In this document: positions 54,655 to 64,000 of the stretch, piece after piece
Layout of the letters: the number at the start of each line of letters is the position of its first letter
Position numbering within the stretch: position 1 is the stretch's first letter
Source of the DNA: an uncultured Anaerolineales bacterium
GTDB taxonomy: Bacteria; Chloroflexota; Anaerolineae; Anaerolineales; UBA11858
DNA: 64,000 nt
Direction: 5' to 3'
Assembly: GCA_964613985.1 (NCBI GenBank)
Contig: CAZTJD010000008.1
Span: 3,695 to 67,694, forward strand
Position numbers and translations under genes: made by a program
The notes under the pieces: model-generated
Told to the model about the DNA's origin: nothing
The model's input: the letters and a program-made list of their open reading frames with translations, nothing else
Database searches by the model: none

Positions 54655-57330
54655 ATGACCAAACGACATTTCCTCACCCTATCGATTGCTTTACTCCTGC
54701 TCTTCTCCTTCTCCTGCAGCCTTTTCCAGTTTTCCACAGATGAAGAGACTGCCACACCTGAACCAGAAGCGGTGACACAGCCTACGGATATCCCAGAGGA
54801 TACCGACCAGGTCGAAAAGCAACCACCCACTCCCGCGCCCGAATCAGACCTGGGGACGACCACCTTGCCGCGCTTCGCCAACTACCAGGTTCCTGACCTG
54901 AAGATCATCCCTGCGGTCATCCAAGAACCGATCGCCCAAGACCTGAGCAACGTGCGTAATTCCTACATCCTTTCACAGGGGTTGCGACAGCGGTTGGGTG
55001 AGACCGGTTTCGTGATCGCACCTGGGACGGAAAAAGAGTTCTTCACCATTTACGAAAAAGCTCGCTATGCCAACCAGCCGGTCTTTATCACCAGCGACTC
55101 CCTGCTGCATGTCTACCACCTGCTCTTCGATAAGGTCCTGCGGACCGCCGAGGTGCAGTATTTCATCCCCATGCTGCACGATTTGAACGCAGCCATGCTG
55201 ACCCAGGTGGATGCTCAGTATGCCGATCTGCAGGGATCTGCCTGGCAGGATCCCGCCTTGCGTACCGTTGCCTTTGTAGGCGTTGCCAGCAAGCTGCTTG
55301 ATCTAAATGTACAGGTGCCTGCCTATGCCCAGGACTTGGTTGAGGCTGAGCTGGCATTAATCGAGGCTGCCAGCGGTATCCAGCCCTCGCCCCTCTTCCC
55401 CGGGCTGGAGTTCGGCGAGGACTACACGCAGTATATCCCTCGCGGCCACTATACCCGCAGCGAAGACCTCAGCCGCTACTTCAAAAGCATGATGTGGTAC
55501 GGGCGAATGACCTTCCGCTTGAAGACGGACGACCCTGAAGTGGGTAAAACGGAGACTCGTGCTGCCCTCCTGCTGGTCCAGGCCCTCAAGAACGCCAATG
55601 TCAATGGAAAGCCAGCCTTAGATGTCTGGCAGGACCTTTTCAGCCCGACTGCTTTCATGGTTGGACGCTCGGATGACCTGACTGTCCTGCAGTACCTGGA
55701 TGTAATGGCTGCAGTCTATGGCTCTCAACCCAGTCTTGCCGACCTTGTTGATGAAGCGCAGTTAGAGACCTTCATCCAGGCAGCATACCAGCTCCCACCA
55801 CCCAGGATCCTCGGCCTGGTGATCATGGACACCGACGATGTTGAAGAGACCACCAAGGGTTTGCGCTTCATGGGACAGCGATTCGTCCCAGATGCATATG
55901 TCTTCCGCCAGCTAATTTATCGCAATGTCGGCACCCGTGAGGATCCTCGCCCCCTACCCAACGGGCTCGACATCCCTGCTGCAATGGGATCGGAACGAGC
56001 TTACCAGCTCCTGGAGCAAATGGGACAGACACAATACCTGAACTACCCCGAACAGATGGAGAAGATGAAAACCTGGCTTTCAACCTTGAGTACCGATGAA
56101 TGGACTGAGACTCTCTACAATACCTGGTTGTACAACTTCTACCCTCTCCTCAAACTCCCTGGACAAGGTTATCCGGTATTTATGCAATCCACATCCTGGC
56201 TGGATAAACAGCTTAACACCGTATTAGGCAGTTTTGCGGAACTCAAACACGATACCATCCTCTATGCCAAGCAAGTCTATGCTGAATTGGGGGGTGGACC
56301 CCCACCTCCCCCTCCCGAGCCCCCCAAGGGATATGTGGAGCCAGTGCCTGAATTTTATGCCCGTTTGGCTGCACTGACCGACATGACCCGCCAGGGTTTG
56401 GGTGACCGTGGTTTGCTGGATGAGATCGACCGGAACAGCCTGGATATCCTGCACACGCTGGTGCTATCTATGCAGACCATCGCTGAAAAGGAACTTCATA
56501 TGGAACCCCTGACCGAAGATGAATATGCGACGATTCGTTTTTACGGGGGCCAGCTCGAGGAACTCACCATGGCAGCAGCAGATTCGGACATGGAAGACCC
56601 ATACGCCCGGCGGTACATGGAAGAAGAACCCCAGGCAGCCGTAATCGCTGACATCGCCACCGACCCGGCTTCAGCTTCTGTCCTGGAAATCGGGGTGGGA
56701 CGGATCAACCCCATTTATGCCGTTGTCCCTGTTGTCGAAGCAGATGGCAGCACCTACCTTCAGGTCGCCAAAGGCGGTACTTTCTCCTATTATGAGTTCT
56801 CCCAGCCGATGTCAGACCGGCTGACGGATGAGAAATGGCATACAATGTTAGATGAAGGGAACGCCCCCACACTACCCACCTGGACAGACAGTTTTTTGGT
56901 AGACGAGGTGGAATATGAAGAACTCAGCCGGGCAATCTTTGATTTCCAGGGTAAGGTGACCAATGCCTATTGGTACAACCAGTTCGAATACCTGCCCGGG
57001 TCAGGAGCCGGGATTGACCAAATTAAGGATGAGGTCCGAGATCTTCAGGCTCAACGTCGATATATCGGGCATCGGCTGCTTGCTTCACAAGTCCGTTCTT
57101 TTGACATTCAGTCCCCCACCCTTGCCGTGGTGACCACCCGCGAGACCTGGCAGGATACCCTTTATGCTGCTACTTCGGATTTCCCCGACCTCGGGGATGC
57201 CATCTTGGGGCAACGCGGCCCCTATATCCGCAGCGCAACTTACACCCTGGAATGGAACGAAACGGAGTATGGTGGTTTATGGGAAGTTGCCGGGGTTGTC
57301 TATGCAGAGGAACCACCCGCATTTGAGTAG
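54655..57330 (+). CDS. Large secreted/lipoprotein DUF3160-like protein
   Basis: The signal has a Cys (LLLFSFSCS). The block YIPRGHYTRSEDLSRYFKSMMWYGRM is recalled as the DUF3160 signature. Confidence 0.6.
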   Translation: MTKRHFLTLSIALLLLFSFSCSLFQFSTDEETATPEPEAVTQPTDIPEDTDQVEKQPPTPAPESDLGTTTLPRFANYQVPDLKIIPAVIQEPIAQDLSNVRNSYILSQGLRQRLGETGFVIAPGTEKEFFTIYEKARYANQPVFITSDSLLHVYHLLFDKVLRTAEVQYFIPMLHDLNAAMLTQVDAQYADLQGSAWQDPALRTVAFVGVASKLLDLNVQVPAYAQDLVEAELALIEAASGIQPSPLFPGLEFGEDYTQYIPRGHYTRSEDLSRYFKSMMWYGRMTFRLKTDDPEVGKTETRAALLLVQALKNANVNGKPALDVWQDLFSPTAFMVGRSDDLTVLQYLDVMAAVYGSQPSLADLVDEAQLETFIQAAYQLPPPRILGLVIMDTDDVEETTKGLRFMGQRFVPDAYVFRQLIYRNVGTREDPRPLPNGLDIPAAMGSERAYQLLEQMGQTQYLNYPEQMEKMKTWLSTLSTDEWTETLYNTWLYNFYPLLKLPGQGYPVFMQSTSWLDKQLNTVLGSFAELKHDTILYAKQVYAELGGGPPPPPPEPPKGYVEPVPEFYARLAALTDMTRQGLGDRGLLDEIDRNSLDILHTLVLSMQTIAEKELHMEPLTEDEYATIRFYGGQLEELTMAAADSDMEDPYARRYMEEEPQAAVIADIATDPASASVLEIGVGRINPIYAVVPVVEADGSTYLQVAKGGTFSYYEFSQPMSDRLTDEKWHTMLDEGNAPTLPTWTDSFLVDEVEYEELSRAIFDFQGKVTNAYWYNQFEYLPGSGAGIDQIKDEVRDLQAQRRYIGHRLLASQVRSFDIQSPTLAVVTTRETWQDTLYAATSDFPDLGDAILGQRGPYIRSATYTLEWNETEYGGLWEVAGVVYAEEPPAFE

Positions 57331-58891
57331 GAGAATCGGTAAGCTTGGGCTGATCTTCTTTCTGTTCCTACTCAATCTCCTTCTAACAGGCATCGGGAGT
57401 AGCCAGGCTGCTCAGGAGCCTGACCCAAGCTCATGGGTATATTCGCGGGATGGGGAAAATCCGTCTGAAGGTGTACCTCTTGCTGATATCATCGCAGTGG
57501 GTGATGTGATGCCTGGGCGAGGTTTGGCAGGCCATCCTGGGATCTTCGACCTGGTTGCGGAGGAGCTGCAGAAAGCTGACCTGGTGGTTGGCAACCTGGA
57601 AGGGGTGATCGTTTCACAGGCTTTCGATGAGATTTCTTCTTCCCTGCTTATCCCAACAAGTGCCGCTCTTTCTTTGAGGCTGGCTGGTTTCGACCTGCTG
57701 GGATTGGCGAACAACCACGCCTTGGATGCCGGGACTCCCGGGTTGGTTGAAACCGCTGAACACCTTCAGGCTGCTGGCATCCAACCCCTGCTCTCAAATC
57801 AACTGCATGTTCGCGAAATCAATGGTTTGAAGTTTGGATTCCTGGCCTGGAGCGAAATCCCTCCTGGCGACCATGAAGACTTGGCTCTTGCCCTCGAAAC
57901 TGCCCGGGCGAAAGCAGATGTATTAATCCTACTGCTACATTGGGGACAGGAATACCAGCGTCATCCCAACCTGGCACAGCGTGAGCTGGCAGAACAGCTC
58001 CTGGAAGCTGGTGCTGACATCGTCTTGGGCAGCCACCCACACGTCGTCCAGGACCTGGAAGTCATTCATCCTGAAGATGAGGTGCCTGATCAGATTGTGG
58101 CTTACAGCCTGGGCAATTTCGTCTTTGACCAGGGCTGGGATGACACCAGCCAGGGTTTGGCATTACGCCTTTTATTTGATACCCAGGGCCTACTCGCCGT
58201 GCAAGCCCTGCCCTTGTGGACCGCCCCCCGTCCAGCTTGGATGGACCTGGACCAGGCAGCGGATCTGTTAGCTCGCATCCTGCCCGTGGAACGCCTCGGT
58301 TTTTACTGTTCGTCTGCAACTTGTCACGCTATCAAAGTCCCCCAAGATCACCAAAATGGTCTTTTCTGGTCGGGTGCTGAAGACCTGACCGGGGACGGAA
58401 CCCCTGAACTGATCCGGCGCTTGGGTCAGGAAGTCGAAATTTACCAGCAGGGCACATTGGCGTGGCGCAGCCCCTCAGACTGGCAGGTGAAGGACCTGGC
58501 TTTCGGTGACCCTAACGATGATGGGCGCTATGAACTGGTGCTGGCACTTGAAAAGCCCAGCCCAAATGGCGACCTGGCAAGCCATCCCTTCGTCTTGGGT
58601 TATCGCGGCGGCATATACCGCATCCTGTGGGGCGGGTCCGCAGTGGAATCCCCCTTGCAAGAAGTCGAAATTGCCGATCTCGACGGTGACGGCTTCCAGG
58701 AACTTGCTGTGGTTGAAGCCTCCCCAGACGGTGCCGCGCGCTACCTCAGCCTTTGGCGCTGGCACGGCTGGGGTTTCGCCCTGCTCTGGCGCAGTCCTCC
58801 TGGTAATTACCACGACCTGGTCATCCTCCCCGCATCCGATGAGTTTCTCCCTCGGCTCAGCGTCTCCACCAGCCCACAATTAAATCCATAA
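57302..58891 (+). CDS. CapA/PGA_cap-type metallophosphatase fused to FG-GAP/VCBS-like repeats
   Basis: CapA blocks: IIAVGDVMPGR, VVGNLEG, LANNHALD, LLLHWGQEY, GSHPHV. The C-terminal repeats are DLTGDGTPE, GDPNDDGRYE and ADLDGDGFQE. The start is uncertain (ATG 57302 or TTG 57323) and overlaps the upstream stop. Confidence 0.7.
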   Translation: MQRNHPHLSRRIGKLGLIFFLFLLNLLLTGIGSSQAAQEPDPSSWVYSRDGENPSEGVPLADIIAVGDVMPGRGLAGHPGIFDLVAEELQKADLVVGNLEGVIVSQAFDEISSSLLIPTSAALSLRLAGFDLLGLANNHALDAGTPGLVETAEHLQAAGIQPLLSNQLHVREINGLKFGFLAWSEIPPGDHEDLALALETARAKADVLILLLHWGQEYQRHPNLAQRELAEQLLEAGADIVLGSHPHVVQDLEVIHPEDEVPDQIVAYSLGNFVFDQGWDDTSQGLALRLLFDTQGLLAVQALPLWTAPRPAWMDLDQAADLLARILPVERLGFYCSSATCHAIKVPQDHQNGLFWSGAEDLTGDGTPELIRRLGQEVEIYQQGTLAWRSPSDWQVKDLAFGDPNDDGRYELVLALEKPSPNGDLASHPFVLGYRGGIYRILWGGSAVESPLQEVEIADLDGDGFQELAVVEASPDGAARYLSLWRWHGWGFALLWRSPPGNYHDLVILPASDEFLPRLSVSTSPQLNP

Positions 58892-58987
58892 CGGTCATCG
58901 CGAACGCCTGAATCGGTAGGCGAATATTATTCGAACGCATGCTTAGTAACCGCACACCGCTGTCATTTAGCAGCCTGGCAACCATGT

Positions 58988-59208
58988 AGTACTCTGTCAA
59001 ACATTACTCTTTAAATTGTCATGCTGAATGGAGCAAAGCGGAATGAAGCATCTCTACCTTGGAATTACTATACATATTTCTCATCATAAATCGAATCAAA
59101 TGGTATCATCATCATTGACAGTCTACTAGTGGTCTGTCAAACATCATTCTTTTGATTGTCATGCTGAATGGAGCAAAGCGGAATGAAGCATCTCTACCTT
59201 GGAATTGC
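58988..59208. repeat. Two copies of the MITE-like element (58988-59068 and 59117-59208)
   Basis: GTACTCTGTCAAACAT…TTGTCATGCTGAATGGAGCAAAGCGGAATGAAGCATCTCTACCTTGGAATT appears twice. Confidence 0.9.
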
Positions 59209-59459
59209 TAAAACGTGGAAGAGTCACACTTGAACAAGCCCAGAACGCAATAAAAATATACCGCCAAATTACTATTCGATTTACCGAAGTTGAGCTAGAA
59301 GATACGCTAGAAATTGTTTCTGAACAAGGGATATATGCTTATGATGCTTATCTACTGCGATTTGCAATCAAATATCATACGGTGCTTATTACCCTGGATC
59401 AAAAACTCGAGCAGACTGCCCAAGATATGAATATAGAAGTAGTAGAGGTAGTAAGATGA
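59199..59459 (+). pseudogene. 5'-truncated PIN-domain (VapC-like) toxin remnant
   Basis: Only the C-terminal half of a PIN domain remains (…GIYAYDAYLLRFAIKYHTVLITLDQKL…). The first ~50 residues, including the N-terminal acidic site, are replaced by the MITE copy that ends at 59208. Confidence 0.55.
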
Positions 59460-59677
59460 ATGTTTATACATACTCAGAGGCACGACAAAAATTGGCTTCA
59501 CTCTTGGATCAGGCAGCACGAGAGGGAGAAGTGAGAATAAAACGCAAGGATGGTCAAGTCTTTGTTATCAAGCTTCAGCCGAGTACAAAATCTCCCCTAG
59601 AAGTCGAAGGGATTGACTTGGGAATAACCACACAAGAAATTATAGAATTAATAGACGAAGGTCAAAAACCTAATTGA
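59456..59677 (+). CDS. Phd/YefM-family antitoxin
   Basis: MNVYTYSEARQKLASLLDQAAREGEVRIKRKDGQVFVI is a typical Phd/YefM N-terminus. An ATGA overlap joins it to the PIN remnant. Confidence 0.7.
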   Translation: MNVYTYSEARQKLASLLDQAAREGEVRIKRKDGQVFVIKLQPSTKSPLEVEGIDLGITTQEIIELIDEGQKPN

Positions 59678-59958
59678 TTTCTGTCGTTTTCATGTATGAA
59701 TTCTGCCTAACCCCGCGGCGAGGTGACCTCACTTCGTTCAGAGGGTGCGCAGCTCGAAAAGCTTATGTTGGTTATGGGTGTTGAAAGGTTCGAAGCTAAC
59801 CTGACCGTTAATTGAAGCTCCCTTCAGAAGGCTCATCTTTTTCAATTAGAAAGTCAGATTGAGAAATATGCCTTCAAAAAAATCATCAACAGAAAACATC
59901 TATCAGATCAAATTTGCTCTGCGGGGAGGCAAACCGTCGGCCGGACAGGAGGTAAGTT

Positions 59959-61185
59959 ATGAAAATCTTTGTTTTGGGAGGTTATGGCAAAATTGGATTA
60001 CCAGCAATCAAGCTGCTTGCACAAAGTGATCTGGTTACTGAGATCGCTATTGTTGGGAGGAGACTAGAACTTGCGGAAGCAGCCGCCACAAAAATCGGCC
60101 AGAAAGCAATCGCAATCCAGGCTAATGGCACTGATGAACAGAAGTTGAAGTCGCTATTGGCAGGTTACGACATTATCGTGAATGCCGCGGATAACGAATT
60201 TGTACTCCCATCGATCCGTGCTGCGATTCACAATGGCGCCCACTACTGCGATGTAGCATTTGGTGATGTTCTCGAACAAGCCCTGACGCTTGCATCCGCA
60301 GCCGAGGCGGTTGGCATTACCGCGATTGTTGCCAGCGGCGCTGCTCCTTGTATCAGTAATCTTATGGGTGTACACGCGGTGCGCCAGTTGGAGGAAGTAG
60401 AGCAACTACAGCTCGGGTTTGCCGCTATTTACAATTTTCAGAATGGGAAAGAACTAACACCTCGACAGTGGCTCAAAGACCCAGAAGAGAGTCTAGCCAT
60501 GCTACATGGATGCAGGCCGTTCATAGCATGGATTTTGCAGATAGTGCAGGAAAATGGTATTCGGAAAATTCTTGATTACAAGGATAGCCGATGGGTAGAG
60601 ATTGACCCGATAAGAGACGGTTTGGATGTTCCGCTACTGCAAGGTGGCACGGTCAGAGCATACCCATATGCCAGTATTGATCCGCTCTTTGGTGGTCTAC
60701 CACGTGATCTTTCCTCTGTATCTCCTGTGGAATTGTATTTCAGTCCACTCCCACCCCAGCTTCACAACTTGCTTCGAGAGCATGCTTTGCATGTGCTTGG
60801 GGGAAATATTGAGTATGATATTGCTACAAGCACCTTCTTCGATACCGTTGAGAGTGATCCTCATCGCTGGCTTACACTCCCAGACGACTTCGTCCTACTG
60901 CCGAAAATGTGGGTAAGTGCTGTGGGCTATAAAAAGGGTCGCCCCGCACGCTACAGCTGCTGGTTCACAGCTCCCATGTGGAATGTGGGAGGGTGGCTTC
61001 TTACGAGTGTGGCGTTGGTTGCTGCAGTGCGTAAGATTCTGCGTGGTGAGATACAAGAACGGGGAGTTTTTACCGCAGAGAAAGCCTTCGAACCCCTATC
61101 CTTCTTCGATGAAGTGATAGCTGTGTTGCCGGAACCTCCGCCGGAAGGGAGACTCATCGGCGAATCATTCGAGTGGTTGCAGTGA
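59959..61185 (+). CDS. Saccharopine dehydrogenase-like NAD(P)-binding oxidoreductase
   Basis: Rossmann N-terminus MKIFVLGGYGKIGLPAIKLL. 408 aa. Confidence 0.6.
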   Translation: MKIFVLGGYGKIGLPAIKLLAQSDLVTEIAIVGRRLELAEAAATKIGQKAIAIQANGTDEQKLKSLLAGYDIIVNAADNEFVLPSIRAAIHNGAHYCDVAFGDVLEQALTLASAAEAVGITAIVASGAAPCISNLMGVHAVRQLEEVEQLQLGFAAIYNFQNGKELTPRQWLKDPEESLAMLHGCRPFIAWILQIVQENGIRKILDYKDSRWVEIDPIRDGLDVPLLQGGTVRAYPYASIDPLFGGLPRDLSSVSPVELYFSPLPPQLHNLLREHALHVLGGNIEYDIATSTFFDTVESDPHRWLTLPDDFVLLPKMWVSAVGYKKGRPARYSCWFTAPMWNVGGWLLTSVALVAAVRKILRGEIQERGVFTAEKAFEPLSFFDEVIAVLPEPPPEGRLIGESFEWLQ

Positions 61186-61478
61186 CCGGGTTGGACCTTG
61201 TTGTGAAAGAAGCTTACGCCAAACCCAATCTATGGTTGATTGTTCCGATCGATAGGCATAATGCTTGGGGCGAACAGCATGGCGCTTATTCCGCAATGGA
61301 TAGCGTTTTTCATTTCGAAAAGAAACCACTCCGAACCCTGTCACTGTGAGGGTTTTTTCGGTTTTGGAGCATATTTAGGCCAGTTTGGTGACACAGCGCA
61401 AGCAGAAAGTCTGGTTATGCACCCATCAGGCTGGCATTTTGTCTACTGGTTAGAATCGGAATTACGGATTGGAAAGCG

Positions 61479-61775
61479 TTGTCAACAACAGAAGGTGATA
61501 TGAGGGCTGTCATGAATATTAACAGAAAACAACTTGCCGCGCTATTTATTTGTAGTTTGGTCCCCTGGGTCGTGGGAAATGGACTGCTCCCGCTGCTTCC
61601 AGTATATGCCGTAAAACTAGGCGCGGACTCCACGGTGGCGGGTTTATACCTTGCCTTCTCCTATCTTGCCATCGCCTTGGGATCCCGATTCAATCCAAAT
61701 CACGATTTACCAGCCGGCCTGACACCGGCTCCATCTGACCGCCTCCGGTGTGGGTACGGAGCGGCGTTTTTTTAG
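61479..61775 (+). pseudogene. N-terminal fragment of an MFS transporter
   Basis: …LFICSLVPWVVGNGLLPLLPVYAVKLGADSTVAGLYLAFSYLAIALGS is a typical MFS TM1-TM2 region. The sequence then degenerates and stops after 98 aa. Confidence 0.45.
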
Positions 61776-62026
61776 AATTCGAGCGAAAACGAGTCAGTCG
61801 CCTTGACACAACCGTCGGCAGGTGAGCCATTCCTTTCGGCAGCTTTTAACACTGGAATTACGGCGTACACAAAAAAATTTGGTAAACTGATCCACCTGGT
61901 AAAAAGAGTTGTTTCTGAACCTGGACATTTCCCGTTATAATGAATATTATCCACACCCGTCCACCAGCAGCAAACGCCCCTGTTTGGTGGACAAAAGAAG
62001 ACGCTATCCGATAAAGGGATATAAAA

Positions 62027-62914
62027 ATGGCTGAAAGAACAAGGAACGAAAGAGCATCGAGCACTGCTGGATATACATGTTTTTCAAGGGCATGTGCGAC
62101 TCGGGAGAAAGATGAACGATTACGTGGGCCAGATTATATGGCAGAGATCTTCTTACCCGCATTCGCTAAGGTCATACTTAATGTACCAGTCCTTAGAAAA
62201 GCGTTTATGAGTAAGGTTGCACCATCTGGAATCTATGAGTATGTGATTGCCAGGACAAAATTGCTTGATGAATTCTTTTTAGACGGGTTGGCTAATAGGG
62301 TTTGCCAGGTTGTAATATTGGGTGCTGGAATGGATACAAGGGCTTTAAGGTTTGCGAGCAAGAACCAGGGAACCAAAATAATCGAACTTGACATTAAAAA
62401 GACCCAATACCCAAAGATCGGAATATTAAATCGTAAAAAAGTAAAGCTTCCCGATGAACTTGTTTTCGCATCAATTGATTTCAATGAACAGAGTCTTTCA
62501 GATGTGTTGATGGATGCGGGTTATCAGATGAATCAACAATGCCTCTTTCTGTGGGAGGGTGTCACAATGTATCTGAATTCGGATGCGGTTGATAACACGC
62601 TGGCTTTCATCAGGGAAAGTTCGCAAAAGGGGAGCCGTGTTACATTTGATTACATTTTTGCTTCTGTGTTAAGGCAGGAGAACAAGTTCTATGGAGAAAA
62701 GGAAATATTCGATACAGTATCTCAGGCGGGAGAGGGATGGACTTTTGGATTAGAGCAAGGAGAGATAGAAGGATATTTGACTGAGCGTGGCTTCAAAATG
62801 ATATCACACTACACGCCGGCTGAACTTGAGGGTAGATATTTTCAAGCTGGTGATGGAAGTATTATCAGACGGATCAATGGCACTCACTGCATTGTGCAAG
62901 CAGAAGTAGAATGA
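62027..62914 (+). CDS. Class I SAM-dependent methyltransferase (TIGR00027/LCMT-like)
   Basis: ARTKLLDEFF…QVVILGAGMDTRALRF…LFLWEGVTMYL is the signature layout of this family. Confidence 0.75.
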   Translation: MAERTRNERASSTAGYTCFSRACATREKDERLRGPDYMAEIFLPAFAKVILNVPVLRKAFMSKVAPSGIYEYVIARTKLLDEFFLDGLANRVCQVVILGAGMDTRALRFASKNQGTKIIELDIKKTQYPKIGILNRKKVKLPDELVFASIDFNEQSLSDVLMDAGYQMNQQCLFLWEGVTMYLNSDAVDNTLAFIRESSQKGSRVTFDYIFASVLRQENKFYGEKEIFDTVSQAGEGWTFGLEQGEIEGYLTERGFKMISHYTPAELEGRYFQAGDGSIIRRINGTHCIVQAEVE

Positions 62915-62931
62915 ATGAAGATCAATAACGA

Positions 62932-63276
62932 GTGACAAAAAGATATGATTCTCCCTACCCTGATCCAATCGTTTTTCAAAAAGGGGATGGGGTTGAAATA
63001 GGAAATGAATTTACAGACGATCCGGATTGGAAAAACTGGGTTTGGTGTAAGGGAAAAAACGGAAAACAAGCCTGGGTACCGGTTCAATATCTAATATTAC
63101 AGGGTGAAAGAGGAATATTTCGAAGGGACTATAATGCCTTGGAGTTAAGTGTAAGCGAAGGGGAAAGATTGTGGGTTTATGAAGAAATAAATGGATTCGG
63201 TATGGCTGAAAAAGCGGATGGAAAGAAAGGGTGGGTTCCATTAAGAAATTTGGGGATAGAAATAGAGTTGGGATAA
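62932..63276 (+). CDS. Small SH3-like domain protein
   Basis: Two SH3-like halves (…KGKNGKQAWVPVQYL, …ADGKKGWVPLRNL). The start is GTG with a weak RBS. Confidence 0.45.
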   Translation: MTKRYDSPYPDPIVFQKGDGVEIGNEFTDDPDWKNWVWCKGKNGKQAWVPVQYLILQGERGIFRRDYNALELSVSEGERLWVYEEINGFGMAEKADGKKGWVPLRNLGIEIELG

Positions 63277-63345
63277 ATGAGGCTGTTGCCTGATGAGGTC
63301 AAGTTCAATCTTGGGACTTGCGTGCCACAATCAAGGAGGAATAAA

Positions 63346-64000
63346 ATGTCCATCATAAATTTCCAGAGAACTTATCTATTAAGTGAAGCATATGAAAGCA
63401 TTAAAGCACGTGCAAATCATTTCCTAGAGAAATATTGGGAATATCCAAATTTAATAACCTTCAATGATGCAGAAAAAAGTGTCACTTTTTCCACGGAGAG
63501 ATTGATTCCTACTACCTCCACAAATAGGCTTCGGGTTATGCTTCTATTTTCGAACCCTCATCCACATTCCATTCATCAAGGTATGTTCCTTTCACCAAGT
63601 ACCAAAGGGCGTAAAAACCTTTTCTGGCAGGCAATAAAAGATGCGGGTTGGTTATCTATTACAGAAGAAAATTGTAATCCAATGCAGCTTGCGGACATTT
63701 GTGTCGGTGCAAAATATCAAGGGCCATTTGAACTGATCTTCTACTGTTATTATGCTTTTCCAACTAATTATCCAGAAGATATTAAAAATATATTTGGAAG
63801 GGAATATTTCAGCCAATTCATTGAACCGCAATCGAAGGTTGAATTTAGGGAAACAATTCAAGATACACATGTGGATGCTGTGGTAACGTTCAATAAAGGG
63901 ATATTCAATATCGTGTCGGAAGACCAAATAGAAACTTATATAAAACGCCTTGTTGATGGTGAACTGGTTCAGAGCCAGATTATAGGCATTGATAGTTCCG
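63346..64000 (+). CDS. Partial (3' end off-window) UDG-superfamily, MUG/TDG-like protein
   Basis: The frame stays open from ATG 63346 (AAGGAGGA 5 nt upstream) to the window end. It is absent from the ORF track because there is no stop. LRVMLLFSNPHPHS…KNLFWQAIKDAGW parallels MUG (LRVVFCGINPGLSS…NRFWKVIYQAGF). Confidence 0.5.
   Translation, partial: MSIINFQRTYLLSEAYESIKARANHFLEKYWEYPNLITFNDAEKSVTFSTERLIPTTSTNRLRVMLLFSNPHPHSIHQGMFLSPSTKGRKNLFWQAIKDAGWLSITEENCNPMQLADICVGAKYQGPFELIFYCYYAFPTNYPEDIKNIFGREYFSQFIEPQSKVEFRETIQDTHVDAVVTFNKGIFNIVSEDQIETYIKRLVDGELVQSQIIGIDSS

Noticed and set aside
57164-57301. Track start of the CapA-like ORF at 57164
   Set aside because: It would overlap 167 nt of the upstream gene. 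The signal peptide (GKLGLIFFLFLLNLLLTGIGSSQA) begins after ATG 57302 / TTG 57323.
61858-62026. Possible promoter (TTCTGA-17-TATAAT around 61912-61940) and 8-bp stem GTCCACCA..TGGTGGAC in the leader of the methyltransferase gene, considered as a riboswitch
   Set aside because: The -35 is weak and there is no match to any riboswitch core I can recall. This is too speculative to list.
63652-63927. Track ORF 63652-63927(-)
   Set aside because: It is antisense to a longer plus-strand frame that has a strong RBS (63346 to the window end).

Overview
This is a 64-kb stretch of a repeat-rich bacterial chromosome, roughly 50% GC by eye. I found no rRNA, tRNA or CRISPR array. All family calls come from reading motifs in the supplied translations, since no searches were possible.

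(1) 195-870 is a tandem array of REP-like hairpins, followed by a class II Fic gene.

(2) 2228-18522 is a co-linear, intact, minus-strand phage-derived morphogenesis and lysis module. It encodes a large terminase, a portal, a probable protease-capsid fusion, two beta-helix spike proteins, a GH25 endolysin, a holin and a 1014-aa fibre. No integrase, repressor, replication, small-terminase or tail tube/tape-measure genes are in view. About 1 kb of non-coding repeats borders it on the right.

(3) The rest is a chromosomal and accessory mix:
- a stand-alone A-T-TE NRPS-like enzyme whose TE nucleophile is Cys
- an orphan substrate-binding protein
- a membrane-anchored SNase-Excalibur nuclease
- an aldehyde dehydrogenase and CspA
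- a LacI-controlled glycoside operon (binding protein, two permeases, GT4, GH13_18-like phosphorylase)
- a secreted C25-like peptidase next to a 7-repeat secreted protein
- BrnTA
- a RAYT-type Y1 transposase flanked by its own REP/REPIN-like elements
- several oxidoreductases and methyltransferases
- an RHH regulator with an MFS pump
- a DUF3160-like and CapA/FG-GAP pair
- a decayed PIN/Phd islet

The most unusual property of the window is non-coding. At least four families of short hairpin-forming dispersed repeats fill almost every long intergenic gap. Some copies sit inside operons or truncate genes.
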